From the NCBI GenBank assembly GCA_024645065.1, contig JAHEGP010000002.1, forward strand, positions 1-42,115: DNA of 42,115 bases, given 5' to 3'. Below the pieces are notes generated by a model. That model saw nothing but the letters and a program-made list of their open reading frames with translations, did not search any database and had not been told where the DNA came from. The stretch is from Cellvibrionales bacterium. GTDB taxonomy: Bacteria > Pseudomonadota > Gammaproteobacteria > Pseudomonadales > JAHEGP01. The stretch's first letter is position 1. Each line of letters begins with the position of its first letter. Positions 20,435-30,080 of this stretch are shown piece after piece. Both the position numbers and the translations under genes were made by a program.

Positions 20435-20911
20435 ATGATACCCTCGCCAATGGCGCATCAGCGCCGCAATCGTGCCCGAGCGAGGTCAGCCAAGGTGTCA
20501 ACCCAAACTAATCAGCTGGCGATACCAGAGGACGAATTGCAGTTCAGCGCCATACGGGCCAGCGGCCCCGGCGGTCAAAACGTCAACAAGGTATCCAGTG
20601 CCGTGCATCTGCGCTTCGACGTGCGTGCCAGCTCCCTTCCCGAGGCTGCCAAAGTGCAGCTACTGCAATTCGGCGACCAGCGGATTAGCAGTGATGGTGT
20701 TATCGTCATAAAGGCACAGCGTTTTCGCAGTCAGGAAAAAAATCGCGCGGACGCCCTGCAAAAATTGCACGACCTGCTCTCCCGCGCACTGGCCCGGCAA
20801 GCGACTCGCAAGCCGACTGAACCCGGCAAAAGCGCTCGAAAAAGACGCGTCGACAGCAAGACCCGGCGAGGCCAGATCAAACAACTGCGGGGAAAAGTCC
20901 GCGACGAATAG
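20435..20911 (+). CDS. arfB: Alternative ribosome-rescue factor ArfB (peptidyl-tRNA hydrolase, YaeJ family). The true start is probably internal (ATG 20450 or GTG 20495).
   Basis: It has the GGQ motif (SGPGGQNVNKVSSAVHLRFD), SSDGVIVIKAQRFRSQEKNR and a basic C-terminal tail. It aligns by eye along the whole of E. coli ArfB. Confidence 0.85.
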   Translation: MIPSPMAHQRRNRARARSAKVSTQTNQLAIPEDELQFSAIRASGPGGQNVNKVSSAVHLRFDVRASSLPEAAKVQLLQFGDQRISSDGVIVIKAQRFRSQEKNRADALQKLHDLLSRALARQATRKPTEPGKSARKRRVDSKTRRGQIKQLRGKVRDE

Positions 20912-20999
20912 CGCTCTGCGCTATAGAATACTTCAGCGAAACAAACAGGGTATCCTTTACCATCGATCCGTTCCAGAGCCCCACAAGGAGTTCGCTATT

Positions 21000-21245
21000 G
21001 TGTTCACCGAGCAGGATCTGGTTAAGCTCGCCACTATGGAAATGCCATTTGGAAAATACCGGGGCAGGCGCCTGATCGACCTCCCTGAGGAGTATCTGCT
21101 GTGGTTTGCTCACAGGGGCTTTCCCGCTGGCTCGCTTGGCAGGCTAATGGGCTTGAGCCTTGAAATAAGGACCAATGGCCTCGAGCAGCTTATCGAGCCA
21201 CTGAAAACCGGCCAAGGCACCGCATCCAGGGATTTATCGTCATAA
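21000..21245 (+). CDS. DUF3820-family small protein
   Basis: 81 aa with a GTG start. MPFGKYRGRRLIDLPEEYLLWFAHRGFPAGSLGRLM resembles the conserved DUF3820 core. It ends 15 nt before rapA. Confidence 0.65.
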   Translation: MFTEQDLVKLATMEMPFGKYRGRRLIDLPEEYLLWFAHRGFPAGSLGRLMGLSLEIRTNGLEQLIEPLKTGQGTASRDLSS

Positions 21246-21260
21246 CAGCAAGGTAAGACC

Positions 21261-24077
21261 ATGAACTATGTTATTGGCCAGCGCTGGATAAGCCACTCCG
21301 AGCCGCAGCTTGGCCTGGGCATAGTCAACGCTACCGCCGGCCGGCGGGTGACAGTCAGCTTCCCTGCTGTTGCCGAAGAGCGGATCTACGCGGGCGACAA
21401 TGCCCCCCTGAGCCGCGTGATCTATCAAGCCGGCGACAGCGTTTCAACCATAGATGGCGTTGAACTGCTCATCGAGGCAGTGCAGGAGCTGCGCGGGATA
21501 GCGCTCTACCGCTGCCAGGACGGCGCCGGCAATGAGCGCACCATTGCCGAGCTGGAACTGGATTGCTTCGTCCAGTTCACCACGCCCAGGCAGCGCTTGC
21601 TCAACGGCCAGTTCGACAAGGACCCCGCCTACCAGCTGCGGGTTGCCACCCTTGAGCGGCTCGATCAGTTGCAGTCGTCTCCGGTGCGAGGCCTGCTGGG
21701 AGCGCGCACCAATCTGCTCCCGCACCAGGTCTACATCGCAAGCGAAGTGGCCGCCCGCTATGCGCCCCGGGTATTGCTGGCCGATGAGGTCGGCCTCGGC
21801 AAGACCATCGAAGCCGGCATGATCCTGCACCAGCAACTGCTGACCGGTCGCGCCTCACGCGCGCTTATCGTGGTGCCGGAGCCCCTGTTGCACCAGTGGC
21901 TGGTAGAAATGCTGCGGCGCTTCAACCTTCGCTTTGCCCTGTTCGACCAGGAGCGCTTTGCGGCACTGGCGGAAGAGCAGCCCGACCAGAACCCATTCAA
22001 CAGCGAACAACTGGTGCTGTGTGCACTGGATTTTATTTGCTCCGACGACCTGATTGCGCAGCGGGCAGCGGCGGCTGACTGGGACTTGCTGATCATCGAC
22101 GAGGCACACCACCTGCACTGGTCAAAGCAGCGGGCCAGTCCTCAATATCGCTGTATTGAAAGCCTGGCGGCGCGCAGCAAGGGTTTGCTATTGCTCACTG
22201 CCACACCCGAGCAAGTTGGCATCAGCAGCCATTTTGCCAGGTTGCGCCTGCTCGATCCGTCCCGTTTTTACCAGTTGGAGAAGTTCGAGCAGGAAGAAGA
22301 AAACTACCAGCCACTGAACCTGTTGATACAGGAGTTGTTACAACACGGCGAGTCTCCACCCGCAGAACTGGTACAGAGATTACACGACTATCTCCCGGAG
22401 GCCGACAGCTTCGCCAGTGGCGAAATGACGCTGCAGCAAGTATTGCACCGGCTTCTCGATCGCCATGGGACCGGCCGAGTCATGTTTCGCAATACCCGCG
22501 CCGCCATAGCCGCGTTTCCGCAGCGTCGGCTCCATGCCAATCCGCTTCCCTGCCCCGGGCTTTACCTCTCAGCGGAATCCGATGATGGGCGGAACAGCCT
22601 GCACCCGGAACTGGAGCACGATCCCGAGAACTGGCTACAGCAGGACCCGAGGGTCGCCTGGCTGGAACACCTGTTACGCCAACTGCGCCCCGAGAAAGTG
22701 TTGATAATCTGCGCCCATGCCAGCACCGCGGTGTCACTTGAGTACCAGCTGCACCTGCGCTCAGGAATTCGCAGTGCAGCCTTTCACGAGGGCTTGAGTA
22801 TTATCGAACGTGACCGGGCAGCGGCGTGGTTTGCTGAGGATGACAACGGCGCCCAGGCCCTGGTGTGCTCGGAGATCGGCAGCGAGGGCCGCAATTTCCA
22901 GTTTGCCCACCACCTGGTTTTATTCGACCTGCCACTCAACCCCGACCTTCTGGAACAGCGTATCGGCAGGCTGGATCGCATCGGCCAAAGGCAGGCCATT
23001 GACATTCATGTACCCTACCTGCAGGACACCGCCCAGGAGGTCCTGTTTCACTGGCTGAACGAGGGGCTTGGCTTGTTCGAGCAAAGCTGCTCGGCAGCCT
23101 ACGCCGTGTTCCAGCGATTTGAGTCAGCGCTGCAGCAACAACTTCAGCAACCCGACGAGAAACTCGGTCAACTGCTCCGGGAAACCGCCGCTTTTACCCA
23201 CGATACCCTTGAGACCCTGCGCCGGGGAAGAGACCCGTTACTGGAAATGAGCTCCTGCGACCCAGCGCGGGCAGAACAGCAAATTGCGCTGATCCAGGCC
23301 GCGGAGAATGCCGAGACTCTGCAGCAGTACATGCAGCAGCTGTTTGACCAGTTTGGGGTTGAACACGAGTTTTATGCACCCAACGCCCTGGTACTGCGAA
23401 CCTCCGACCATATGCTCTACGACCACTTTCCGGGCGTGAAGGAGAGCGGCACCAGCGTATCCTTTGATCGGCAGCAGGCACTGGGTCGCGAAGACCTGGA
23501 ATTCCTTAGCTGGGAGCACCCCATGGTGCAGGAAGCAATGGAAATGGTGCTTCACGGCCAACACGGCAATGCAGCGGTCAGCAGTATCGAAATCGCCGGA
23601 TTGCCGCCGGCGACCCTGCTTCTGGAAGCGTGGTTTGTCATTAAGTGCGCGGCTCCGGCAGAGCTGCAATTGTCGCGTTACTTGCCGCTGTCGCCGGTCA
23701 GGCTATTGGTTGACAGCCGCGGCAAGAATCTCAACCAGGTCCTGTCCCACCAGCAACTGAATGCCCTGTGCAAGAATATCAAGCGCACAACAGCGCTGGC
23801 GGTGGTAAATCGTGTGCGCGACGAGATCGACCGGATGATCGACAATTGTGAACAACAGGCGGCGCAGCAATTGCCCGCCGTATTGCAGTCCGCCTGCGAG
23901 CGTATGCGCCACGACCTGAGCGCGGAAGTCGATAGACTCAGCGCCCTGCGCGCGCTCAATCCCTCTATTCGTGAGGAGGAAATCGACTTTTTCCGGCAGC
24001 AGCTGGCCGACGGCTTGCAGTGCATAGCCCGGGGCGAGTTTTACCTCGAGGCGGTTAGAGTCGTGGTGAGCACCTGA
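21261..24077 (+). CDS. rapA: RNA polymerase-associated SNF2-family ATPase RapA (HepA)
   Basis: 938 aa. The N-terminus is RapA-type (GQRWISHSEPQLGLG). Helicase motifs are LLADEVGLGKTIEAG, DEAHHL and LLLTATPEQ, plus the C-terminal helicase motif GSEGRNFQF...QRIGRLDRIGQ. Confidence 0.93.
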   Translation: MNYVIGQRWISHSEPQLGLGIVNATAGRRVTVSFPAVAEERIYAGDNAPLSRVIYQAGDSVSTIDGVELLIEAVQELRGIALYRCQDGAGNERTIAELELDCFVQFTTPRQRLLNGQFDKDPAYQLRVATLERLDQLQSSPVRGLLGARTNLLPHQVYIASEVAARYAPRVLLADEVGLGKTIEAGMILHQQLLTGRASRALIVVPEPLLHQWLVEMLRRFNLRFALFDQERFAALAEEQPDQNPFNSEQLVLCALDFICSDDLIAQRAAAADWDLLIIDEAHHLHWSKQRASPQYRCIESLAARSKGLLLLTATPEQVGISSHFARLRLLDPSRFYQLEKFEQEEENYQPLNLLIQELLQHGESPPAELVQRLHDYLPEADSFASGEMTLQQVLHRLLDRHGTGRVMFRNTRAAIAAFPQRRLHANPLPCPGLYLSAESDDGRNSLHPELEHDPENWLQQDPRVAWLEHLLRQLRPEKVLIICAHASTAVSLEYQLHLRSGIRSAAFHEGLSIIERDRAAAWFAEDDNGAQALVCSEIGSEGRNFQFAHHLVLFDLPLNPDLLEQRIGRLDRIGQRQAIDIHVPYLQDTAQEVLFHWLNEGLGLFEQSCSAAYAVFQRFESALQQQLQQPDEKLGQLLRETAAFTHDTLETLRRGRDPLLEMSSCDPARAEQQIALIQAAENAETLQQYMQQLFDQFGVEHEFYAPNALVLRTSDHMLYDHFPGVKESGTSVSFDRQQALGREDLEFLSWEHPMVQEAMEMVLHGQHGNAAVSSIEIAGLPPATLLLEAWFVIKCAAPAELQLSRYLPLSPVRLLVDSRGKNLNQVLSHQQLNALCKNIKRTTALAVVNRVRDEIDRMIDNCEQQAAQQLPAVLQSACERMRHDLSAEVDRLSALRALNPSIREEEIDFFRQQLADGLQCIARGEFYLEAVRVVVST

Positions 24078-24097
24078 ATTGGTCAAATTTTGAACCA

Positions 24098-24127
24098 ACC
24101 ATAGGGTATGGTACTTATTTTTTTTTT
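24098..24127 (+). terminator. Possible rapA terminator
   Basis: An ACCATA-GGG-TATGGT hairpin is followed after 5 nt by a T10 run. The stem is short and AT-rich. Confidence 0.4.
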
Positions 24128-24253
24128 CGTTATACTAGCCCCTAGCAAGTGTTCCAGGTATTTCAGAAGCTCCACTCGGTAACTACTGTTAATTACCTTC
24201 TACCATTTGCAAATTGAAATTGACATAACTGATATATGTTAGAGGAAAATTAC
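24128..24253 (+). promoter_or_regulatory. AT-rich promoter / long 5' leader of the cold-shock gene
   Basis: A TATACT -10-like hexamer lies at 24131-24136, after the T run. This would give a leader of about 110 nt, as is typical for cspA-family genes. GAGGAAAA lies 6 nt before the ATG. Confidence 0.3.
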
Positions 24254-24457
24254 ATGGCTACCGGTACAGTTAAATGGTTTAACGAATCCAAAGGCTTTGG
24301 CTTCATCTCACCCGCCGACGGCAGCGCAGACGTGTTCGTGCACTTCTCCGCCATCAATGGTTCCGGCTTCAAAACCCTGGCCGAAGGTCAGGCAGTAAGC
24401 TACGACGTCGAAATGGGCCAGAAAGGCCCCCAGGCGAGCAACGTCAAGCCCGAATAA
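24254..24457 (+). CDS. Cold-shock protein, CspA family
   Basis: 67 aa: [34 protein letters not shown], with the RNP1 and RNP2 motifs. Confidence 0.95.
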   Translation: MATGTVKWFNESKGFGFISPADGSADVFVHFSAINGSGFKTLAEGQAVSYDVEMGQKGPQASNVKPE

Positions 24458-24478
24458 GGCGACGCGGCAAACCTGAGA

Positions 24479-24501
24479 CCCCGCCTCGAGCGGGGTTTTT
24501 T
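24479..24501 (+). terminator. Rho-independent terminator of the csp gene
   Basis: A CCCCGC-CTCGA-GCGGGG hairpin is followed by TTTTTT. Confidence 0.75.
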
Positions 24502-24589
24502 GTGCCCCGCCACATTGAAGAGACAGACCAGAGGCGCTGTCGCGCCGCCTCAGGATCTACCGCTCCCTTCATCCTCCGCCACCCCGGCC

Positions 24590-26404
24590 TCAACCCCAGT
24601 CGACTGAATCGGCATCGACCCGTGCTATCACTGCCAGGAACTGATCGCCATATTTCTCCAGCTTACTGTCACCAACGCCGCTGACCTGCAGCAGCTCCTG
24701 TCGATTGCGCGGCCTTAACCGCAGCATATCCCGCAGGCTGGCATCGTGAAAAATCACATAAGGGGGAACCCCCTGCTGCTCGGCCAGGCGCTTGCGGCAA
24801 TCGCGCAGGGCCTGCCAGAGGGGCATGTCACCGGGTTCGAGTCGCGGTTGCGCAAGCTTCGAACTCCGGCGCTTGCCGCGTTCCTGCTCCTCACGCAACA
24901 ATAATTGCACCTCTGATCGCAGTAGCGGCCGACTGGCCTCAGTCAATTGCAGCGCGCTGAACCCTTCCATGTCGACTCGCAGGACACCCCTTACTACCAG
25001 CTGGCGAACCAGTGAGCGCCACTGCGGCCCGGTCAACTCCGGACCGATACCGTAGGTGCTGAGCTGGTCGTGACCAAAGCGCCTGATCTTTTCAGTGTCG
25101 TGCCCCAGCAAGACGTCGACCACATGGCCAACCCCAAAACGCTGGCCGGTCCGGTAAACGCAGGACAGCAACTTCTGCGCCGCCTCAGTCGCATCCCAGC
25201 TGCGCGGTGGTAGCAGGCAGGTATCGCAATTACCGCATGGCTCTGGGGCGGCTTCACCAAAGTAGCGCAGCAGTACCTGGCGTCGACAGCTGATGACTTC
25301 GCACATTCCCAGCAGGGCGTCGAGCTTGTGCTTTTCTAACCGTTTATGCTGCTCCGAGCCCGGGGAATTGGCCTGCATCTGTTGCAATCGCACCACATCC
25401 TGCAGGCCGTATACCATCCATGCATCCGCCGCCAGCCCATCGCGCCCGGCCCTTCCGGTCTCCTGATAATAGGCCTCGATACTCTTCGGCAGATCGAGAT
25501 GGGCAACAAAGCGTACGTCCGGTTTGTCGATACCCATTCCAAAGGCAATGGTCGCAACCATGATCACGGCGTCCTCGCGCAGGAATCGGTCCTGGTAGCC
25601 GGCTCGCAGAGAGGGATCCAGGCCCGCGTGATAGGGCAGCGCATCCCATCCCTGCTGCTGCAGCCAGGCTGCGGTCTCCTCCACCTTCCTGCGCGACATG
25701 CAATAGACAATACCGGCCTCGTTGCGATGCCCCTCAAGAAAGGCAAGCAGTTGCTGGCGTGCGTTATTCTTGGCGGCGATCGCATAATAAATATTGGGCC
25801 GATCAAAACCATCCAGGAAGACCTCGGCGTGCCACAACTGCAGGCGATCGATGATTTCCTGGCGGGTTCGCTCATCGGCAGTGGCGGTCAGCGCAATGCG
25901 GGGAATTCCCGGAAAATGCTGTTGCAGGTTTTCCAGCTGCAGATAATCCTGGCGAAAGTCATGCCCCCACTGGGATACACAATGGGCCTCGTCGATAGCA
26001 AAGAGGGCGATCTGCAGCTGACTGAGGAGCTGCAGGTTGCGAGCCTGCAGCAGCCGCTCTGGCGCCAGGTAGAGCAGGTCGATTTGCCCCGCCTGCAATT
26101 CCCCCTCGATTTGAGCCTGGCTATCGGCAGCCAGAGAGGAATTGAGGAATGCTGCCCTGACCCCAAGCTGACGCAGGCCGTCGACCTGGTCCTGCATCAG
26201 GGCGATCAATGGCGATATCACCACCGCCACCCCCGGCCGCACCAGCGCGGGAACCTGGTAACACAGCGACTTGCCACCGCCGGTAGGCATCAACACCAGC
26301 GCATCCTTGCCGGCAACCACAGCGTCAATAATCGCCCGTTGCTGACCACGAAAAGTGTCGTAACCAAAGACGTGGCCTAGAACCGAGCTGGGGGTAACAG
26401 TCAT
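24590..26404 (-). CDS. recQ: ATP-dependent DNA helicase RecQ
   Basis: 604 aa. Motifs include [30 protein letters not shown] and [15 protein letters not shown] zinc-binding CGNCDTC region and a C-terminal HRDC domain are present. Confidence 0.95.
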   Translation of the reverse strand: MTVTPSSVLGHVFGYDTFRGQQRAIIDAVVAGKDALVLMPTGGGKSLCYQVPALVRPGVAVVISPLIALMQDQVDGLRQLGVRAAFLNSSLAADSQAQIEGELQAGQIDLLYLAPERLLQARNLQLLSQLQIALFAIDEAHCVSQWGHDFRQDYLQLENLQQHFPGIPRIALTATADERTRQEIIDRLQLWHAEVFLDGFDRPNIYYAIAAKNNARQQLLAFLEGHRNEAGIVYCMSRRKVEETAAWLQQQGWDALPYHAGLDPSLRAGYQDRFLREDAVIMVATIAFGMGIDKPDVRFVAHLDLPKSIEAYYQETGRAGRDGLAADAWMVYGLQDVVRLQQMQANSPGSEQHKRLEKHKLDALLGMCEVISCRRQVLLRYFGEAAPEPCGNCDTCLLPPRSWDATEAAQKLLSCVYRTGQRFGVGHVVDVLLGHDTEKIRRFGHDQLSTYGIGPELTGPQWRSLVRQLVVRGVLRVDMEGFSALQLTEASRPLLRSEVQLLLREEQERGKRRSSKLAQPRLEPGDMPLWQALRDCRKRLAEQQGVPPYVIFHDASLRDMLRLRPRNRQELLQVSGVGDSKLEKYGDQFLAVIARVDADSVDWG

Positions 26405-26552
26405 ATCTTATCCCGGGATGAGTAAACGCGGCACCAGCGCTCCGCTTACAGGTTTTCAGGCTGACCTGGCAGTGGGTTGTTAGCTGACAACGGGGGAAGA
26501 GCACCACCAGCCCAATATGCTAGCACGCAGGCAACAGTACCACACCCGAACG

Positions 26553-27989
26553 CTATTCATTCTCATCCGGGCGTACATAGGTCTGGCCCAGATAGGTACG
26601 GGGTGAACTGAATGACCACGCCGGCGCACCCTCCACCGCTTCCTCCCGCCTCGGCAATACCTGGTGGCGCGCCTGCAATCGACCCACGAGCCATAGTGCC
26701 GTAGCAAATGCCACAACGCCGAATAACAAGGCCCCTGCCAACTCCCCTGCGAGCACGCCCCGGGCACCAAAGTAAGTTGCCAGCAGGTAGACCATCGGAA
26801 CGGTCCCCAGGAAAGTCCGACTGAAGTTAAACACAGTGGCAAGATAGGCACGGTGCAAATTGTTAAAGGTCGCGTTAGCGACAAACAACATACCGACGAA
26901 CATAAAGCCACCAATGAGCCAGGTGGTATAGAAAGTAATCAGGTCGGCAGCATCACCGCTGGCATCGAAGGCCCGGACAATATAACCCTTCAGCAGGAAC
27001 AGCAGCAGCCAGACCAGCAGGGTATAGGCGATGTTGAGCAACAGGGCGCTGATTAGCGTTTGTCGCACCCGCAGATAGAGACCGGCACCCGCGTTTTGGC
27101 CAACGATCGGCCCTATGGCACTGGACAGGGAAAAAATGGCGGCGAAGGCTACCGGCGTGATGCGCCCCAGAATTGCCGCGCCGGCCACCGCGCTATCGCC
27201 GTAAGTTGCCATGGTTTTGAGCACGTATCCAGCGCCCAGCGGCGTTGCAATATTGGTCAACAGGGCCGGGCCGGCGATCAGGGTGATGGCTCCAAGGTCG
27301 CGCTGCAGCAGCGGCCAACTGAATCGCGCGGGCAACTGGTGAACCACGAATATGGCCCGCAAACCCATCGCCAGCAGCGCTACCCGGGCCGCCAGGGACG
27401 CCACTGCGGCCCCCTCGATACCCCAGCCCAAGCCGAAGATAAAGACCGGGTCGAGCAGGGCATTCGCCAGCGCACCGGCCAGCAACGCATACATTGACCG
27501 GCGCGCATCCCCCACAGCCCGCAGCGCGGCGGCGGCACCCATGCCCATGGCCAGTATTGGCGTGGCGGGCAGCAGGATCCGACTGTAAGCCAGTGCCAAC
27601 TCGAGGGTCCGTCCCTCGGCGCCAAGAAACCGCAACAGCGACTCCAGGTAGAGCCAGGCTGGCACACAAATCAGACTCGAGACCAGGGCGCTGAAAACCA
27701 TGACATTAGTACAGTGCTCGCCGGCAAGCTGGCGATTGTGAGCACCCTCGGCCCTTGCTACCAGCGCGCCCATCGCAATTTGCAGACCAATTCCGACCGC
27801 AGTAAGGAAAAACAAAAGCGTACCGGAGAAACCAATGGCGGCGGCCAACTCCTCCTCGCCGAGGAGACTGAGAAAATACATGTCGACCAGGTCGACAGTG
27901 AACAGCGTCAGCAACCCCACCGCACTGGCACCGGTCATGACGATGATGTGTCGCGTCGGGGAACCGCGGGTAAAGACTGCCTTTGGCAT
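26553..27989 (-). CDS. MATE-family efflux transporter
   Basis: 478 aa with about 12 predicted TM helices. The N-terminus (IIVMTGASAVGLLTLFTVDLVDMYFLSLLGEEELAAAIGFSGTLLFF) is typical of MATE/DinF-like proteins. Confidence 0.85.
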   Translation of the reverse strand: MPKAVFTRGSPTRHIIVMTGASAVGLLTLFTVDLVDMYFLSLLGEEELAAAIGFSGTLLFFLTAVGIGLQIAMGALVARAEGAHNRQLAGEHCTNVMVFSALVSSLICVPAWLYLESLLRFLGAEGRTLELALAYSRILLPATPILAMGMGAAAALRAVGDARRSMYALLAGALANALLDPVFIFGLGWGIEGAAVASLAARVALLAMGLRAIFVVHQLPARFSWPLLQRDLGAITLIAGPALLTNIATPLGAGYVLKTMATYGDSAVAGAAILGRITPVAFAAIFSLSSAIGPIVGQNAGAGLYLRVRQTLISALLLNIAYTLLVWLLLFLLKGYIVRAFDASGDAADLITFYTTWLIGGFMFVGMLFVANATFNNLHRAYLATVFNFSRTFLGTVPMVYLLATYFGARGVLAGELAGALLFGVVAFATALWLVGRLQARHQVLPRREEAVEGAPAWSFSSPRTYLGQTYVRPDENE

Positions 27990-28064
27990 GGGGATTCTCA
28001 GCTTTTAATTGGGAGCGGCCATGCAAGGGCACCACATGGGCCAGCTCACCTTATCCGCCCGGGG

Positions 28065-28382
28065 CTATACCAGCCGGTGGGGCTCCAGCTCGATGTTTTG
28101 TACTGTGTCGCCGAGCAATACGATCTTACCCCGATAACGCTCTGCGCCTGTCGCTGTGAATTCGAACAAAAAAGAGCGCCACATGCGCAGCCGACCCGCG
28201 GCGTCGCGCTTCCACCAGAACCCGCGCAGCACCACGGTATCATCGAGCAGGCCAATACCCATGTCGGCGCAGTATTTTCGGGTAGCTCTGAGGGCGAGTT
28301 CCTTCATGCCATGGGCGTGCCAGGCATAGTAGCAAGCTGCCAGCAACAGGGTTAACCAAAACAGGTCAGCAAGCTCATACAT
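28065..28382 (-). CDS. DUF3301-like small membrane-anchored protein
   Basis: The start is taken at MYELADLFWLTLLLAACYYAW (105 aa). It has one N-terminal TM helix, and the motif RGFWWKRD...FEF resembles DUF3301. The longer 178-aa ORF-track form is not needed. Confidence 0.6.
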   Translation of the reverse strand: MYELADLFWLTLLLAACYYAWHAHGMKELALRATRKYCADMGIGLLDDTVVLRGFWWKRDAAGRLRMWRSFLFEFTATGAERYRGKIVLLGDTVQNIELEPHRLV

Positions 28383-28482
28383 GATTGCAACTAGCCTGGA
28401 TAAGAAGTCTGCCGCTATAGTAGCGGTTCCTGCCGGTGGACCCAACCGCGGGTCGCGGCACAGCTTGTTACCGGAGTGAGCA

Positions 28483-29241
28483 ATGAAACCCTTATCACTG
28501 ATAATCATCACTGCCAGCCTGTTGCTGGCTGGAGCGAAGCACACCATGGCCGAAAGCGAGAATCCTCTGCCCGACGCATTGCTTGCAAGCCTGTCAGTCA
28601 ACGGCCAGGCCGAGCTGAAAGTGGCGCCAGATCAGGTTGTTGTCGACCTCGGGGTCAGCACGATAGCCGCCAGTGCCGATGAGGCGATGGCCGCCAACAG
28701 TGCCAGCATGCAGCGGGTACTGAGCGCACTTCGAGATCTGGGTCTCGCCCCCAAGACCCGCCAGTTTCGCATCCAGCCCCTGTGGACGCCGCGCCCCGGC
28801 AAGGCGGACCCGGACTGGCAGGCCACCATCAACGGTTACAAGGTGGACAATAGCGTCATCGTCGAGAGCAGCGATTTGAGCCTGGCCGGCGCTATCATTG
28901 GCCGTGCGACAACCGCCGGTGCCAACCACGTCAACGGGGTCAGCTTTGGGCTCTCCCAGCCACGACTGCATCGGGAAGCAGCCATCAAACAGGCCACCGA
29001 GAACGCTGCCAGCGACGCCCGCAGCCTGGCCGCTGCCGCGGGCCAGAAACTGGTGCGCATCGTCAACCTGGTGCTGGACCACAGCGACGCCAGCCCGGTG
29101 CAACTGCGACAGAAAAATATGCTGCGCAGCGTAGCGATGGCGGAGGACGCCGGCGGGCCGCCGCTGGAGGCGGCTGATGTCACCGTGCGGGCGGCAGTAT
29201 CGATTCGCTATGAGATTCGATCAGGGCTTGGGTCAGACTGA
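28483..29241 (+). CDS. SIMPL-domain (DUF541) periplasmic protein
   Basis: 252 aa with a signal peptide (MKPLSLIIITASLLLAGAKHTMA). The segment LSVNGQAELKVAPDQVVVDLGV...GYKVDNSVIV...VTVRAAVSIRYEI is typical of the SIMPL/BP26 family. Confidence 0.78.
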   Translation: MKPLSLIIITASLLLAGAKHTMAESENPLPDALLASLSVNGQAELKVAPDQVVVDLGVSTIAASADEAMAANSASMQRVLSALRDLGLAPKTRQFRIQPLWTPRPGKADPDWQATINGYKVDNSVIVESSDLSLAGAIIGRATTAGANHVNGVSFGLSQPRLHREAAIKQATENAASDARSLAAAAGQKLVRIVNLVLDHSDASPVQLRQKNMLRSVAMAEDAGGPPLEAADVTVRAAVSIRYEIRSGLGSD

Positions 29242-29276
29242 CCCTTGCGCTAAAAGCCCGGCCGCGCCGCAGCTGG

Positions 29277-29759
29277 CTAGTCCGCTACCTGCAGAATCGG
29301 CAAATCGGTCCTGGAAACCACCCGTCGCAAAACGAAGCTCGAGTGCACACCACTGACGCCCTCTATTCGGGTCAGGCGCCCCAGCAGAAACTCTTCATAG
29401 GATTCCATATCGGGCAACACCGCCTTGAGCAGGAAATCTGCCGCCTGCCCGGTGACAATGCTGCACTCGACCACCTCGGGGAACTGACTGACTTTCTCTT
29501 CAAAGTTTGCAAACCGATCAGGTGTATGGCGATCCATGCTGATGCCAATGATCGCCGTTAACTTCAAACCCAGCATCGACTGATTGAGGAGGGTGACATG
29601 CCCCTCAATAATGCCGCTCTCCTCCAATCGCTTGACCCGGCGGGAGCAGGGAGTCGGCGACAGGCCCACCTGGTCCGCCAGTTCCAGATTGCTGATGCGA
29701 CCGTTGGCCTGCATCAGGCGGAGTATGCGGCGATCAGTGCGGTCCAGCCCCATGGCCAT
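29277..29759 (-). CDS. Lrp/AsnC-family transcriptional regulator
   Basis: 160 aa. LDRTDRRILRLMQANGRISNLELADQVGLSPTPCSRRVKRLEESGII is the HTH, followed by a RAM/AsnC ligand-binding domain. Confidence 0.88.
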   Translation of the reverse strand: MAMGLDRTDRRILRLMQANGRISNLELADQVGLSPTPCSRRVKRLEESGIIEGHVTLLNQSMLGLKLTAIIGISMDRHTPDRFANFEEKVSQFPEVVECSIVTGQAADFLLKAVLPDMESYEEFLLGRLTRIEGVSGVHSSFVLRRVVSRTDLPILQVAD

Positions 29760-30080
29760 CCTCCCCGGAATATTGCAAAAACCTAAAAAGCGGATTATCG
29801 CACTTTATTGGTGATATAAACCAATATTTTGCTAATTAATAGATAATTATTGCATTCTATTGTCTTTTTTTCGCTACATTTGCAATCTATCCCTAGTCGG
29901 GCAGTCCTATACTGAGCCCCGTAGATTGCCTTGCGCCTGCCGTCGCGCTAACTGCGGTGAATCCAACCAGATCCCCCGTCGCTAGCCGGCTCGCCACTTC
30001 ACGAGAGTGTGCCAACGACCATCTCGGGCCGGCCGGGGTACTACCCACCCCACTCCCAAGCGACCAGGGAAGATATGCCA

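Noticed and set aside
29893-30080. A leucine leader-peptide attenuator or T-box upstream of leuA.
   Set aside because: There is no short ORF with consecutive Leu codons. I could find no T-box specifier or antiterminator pattern, and no terminator with a T run before the start codon.
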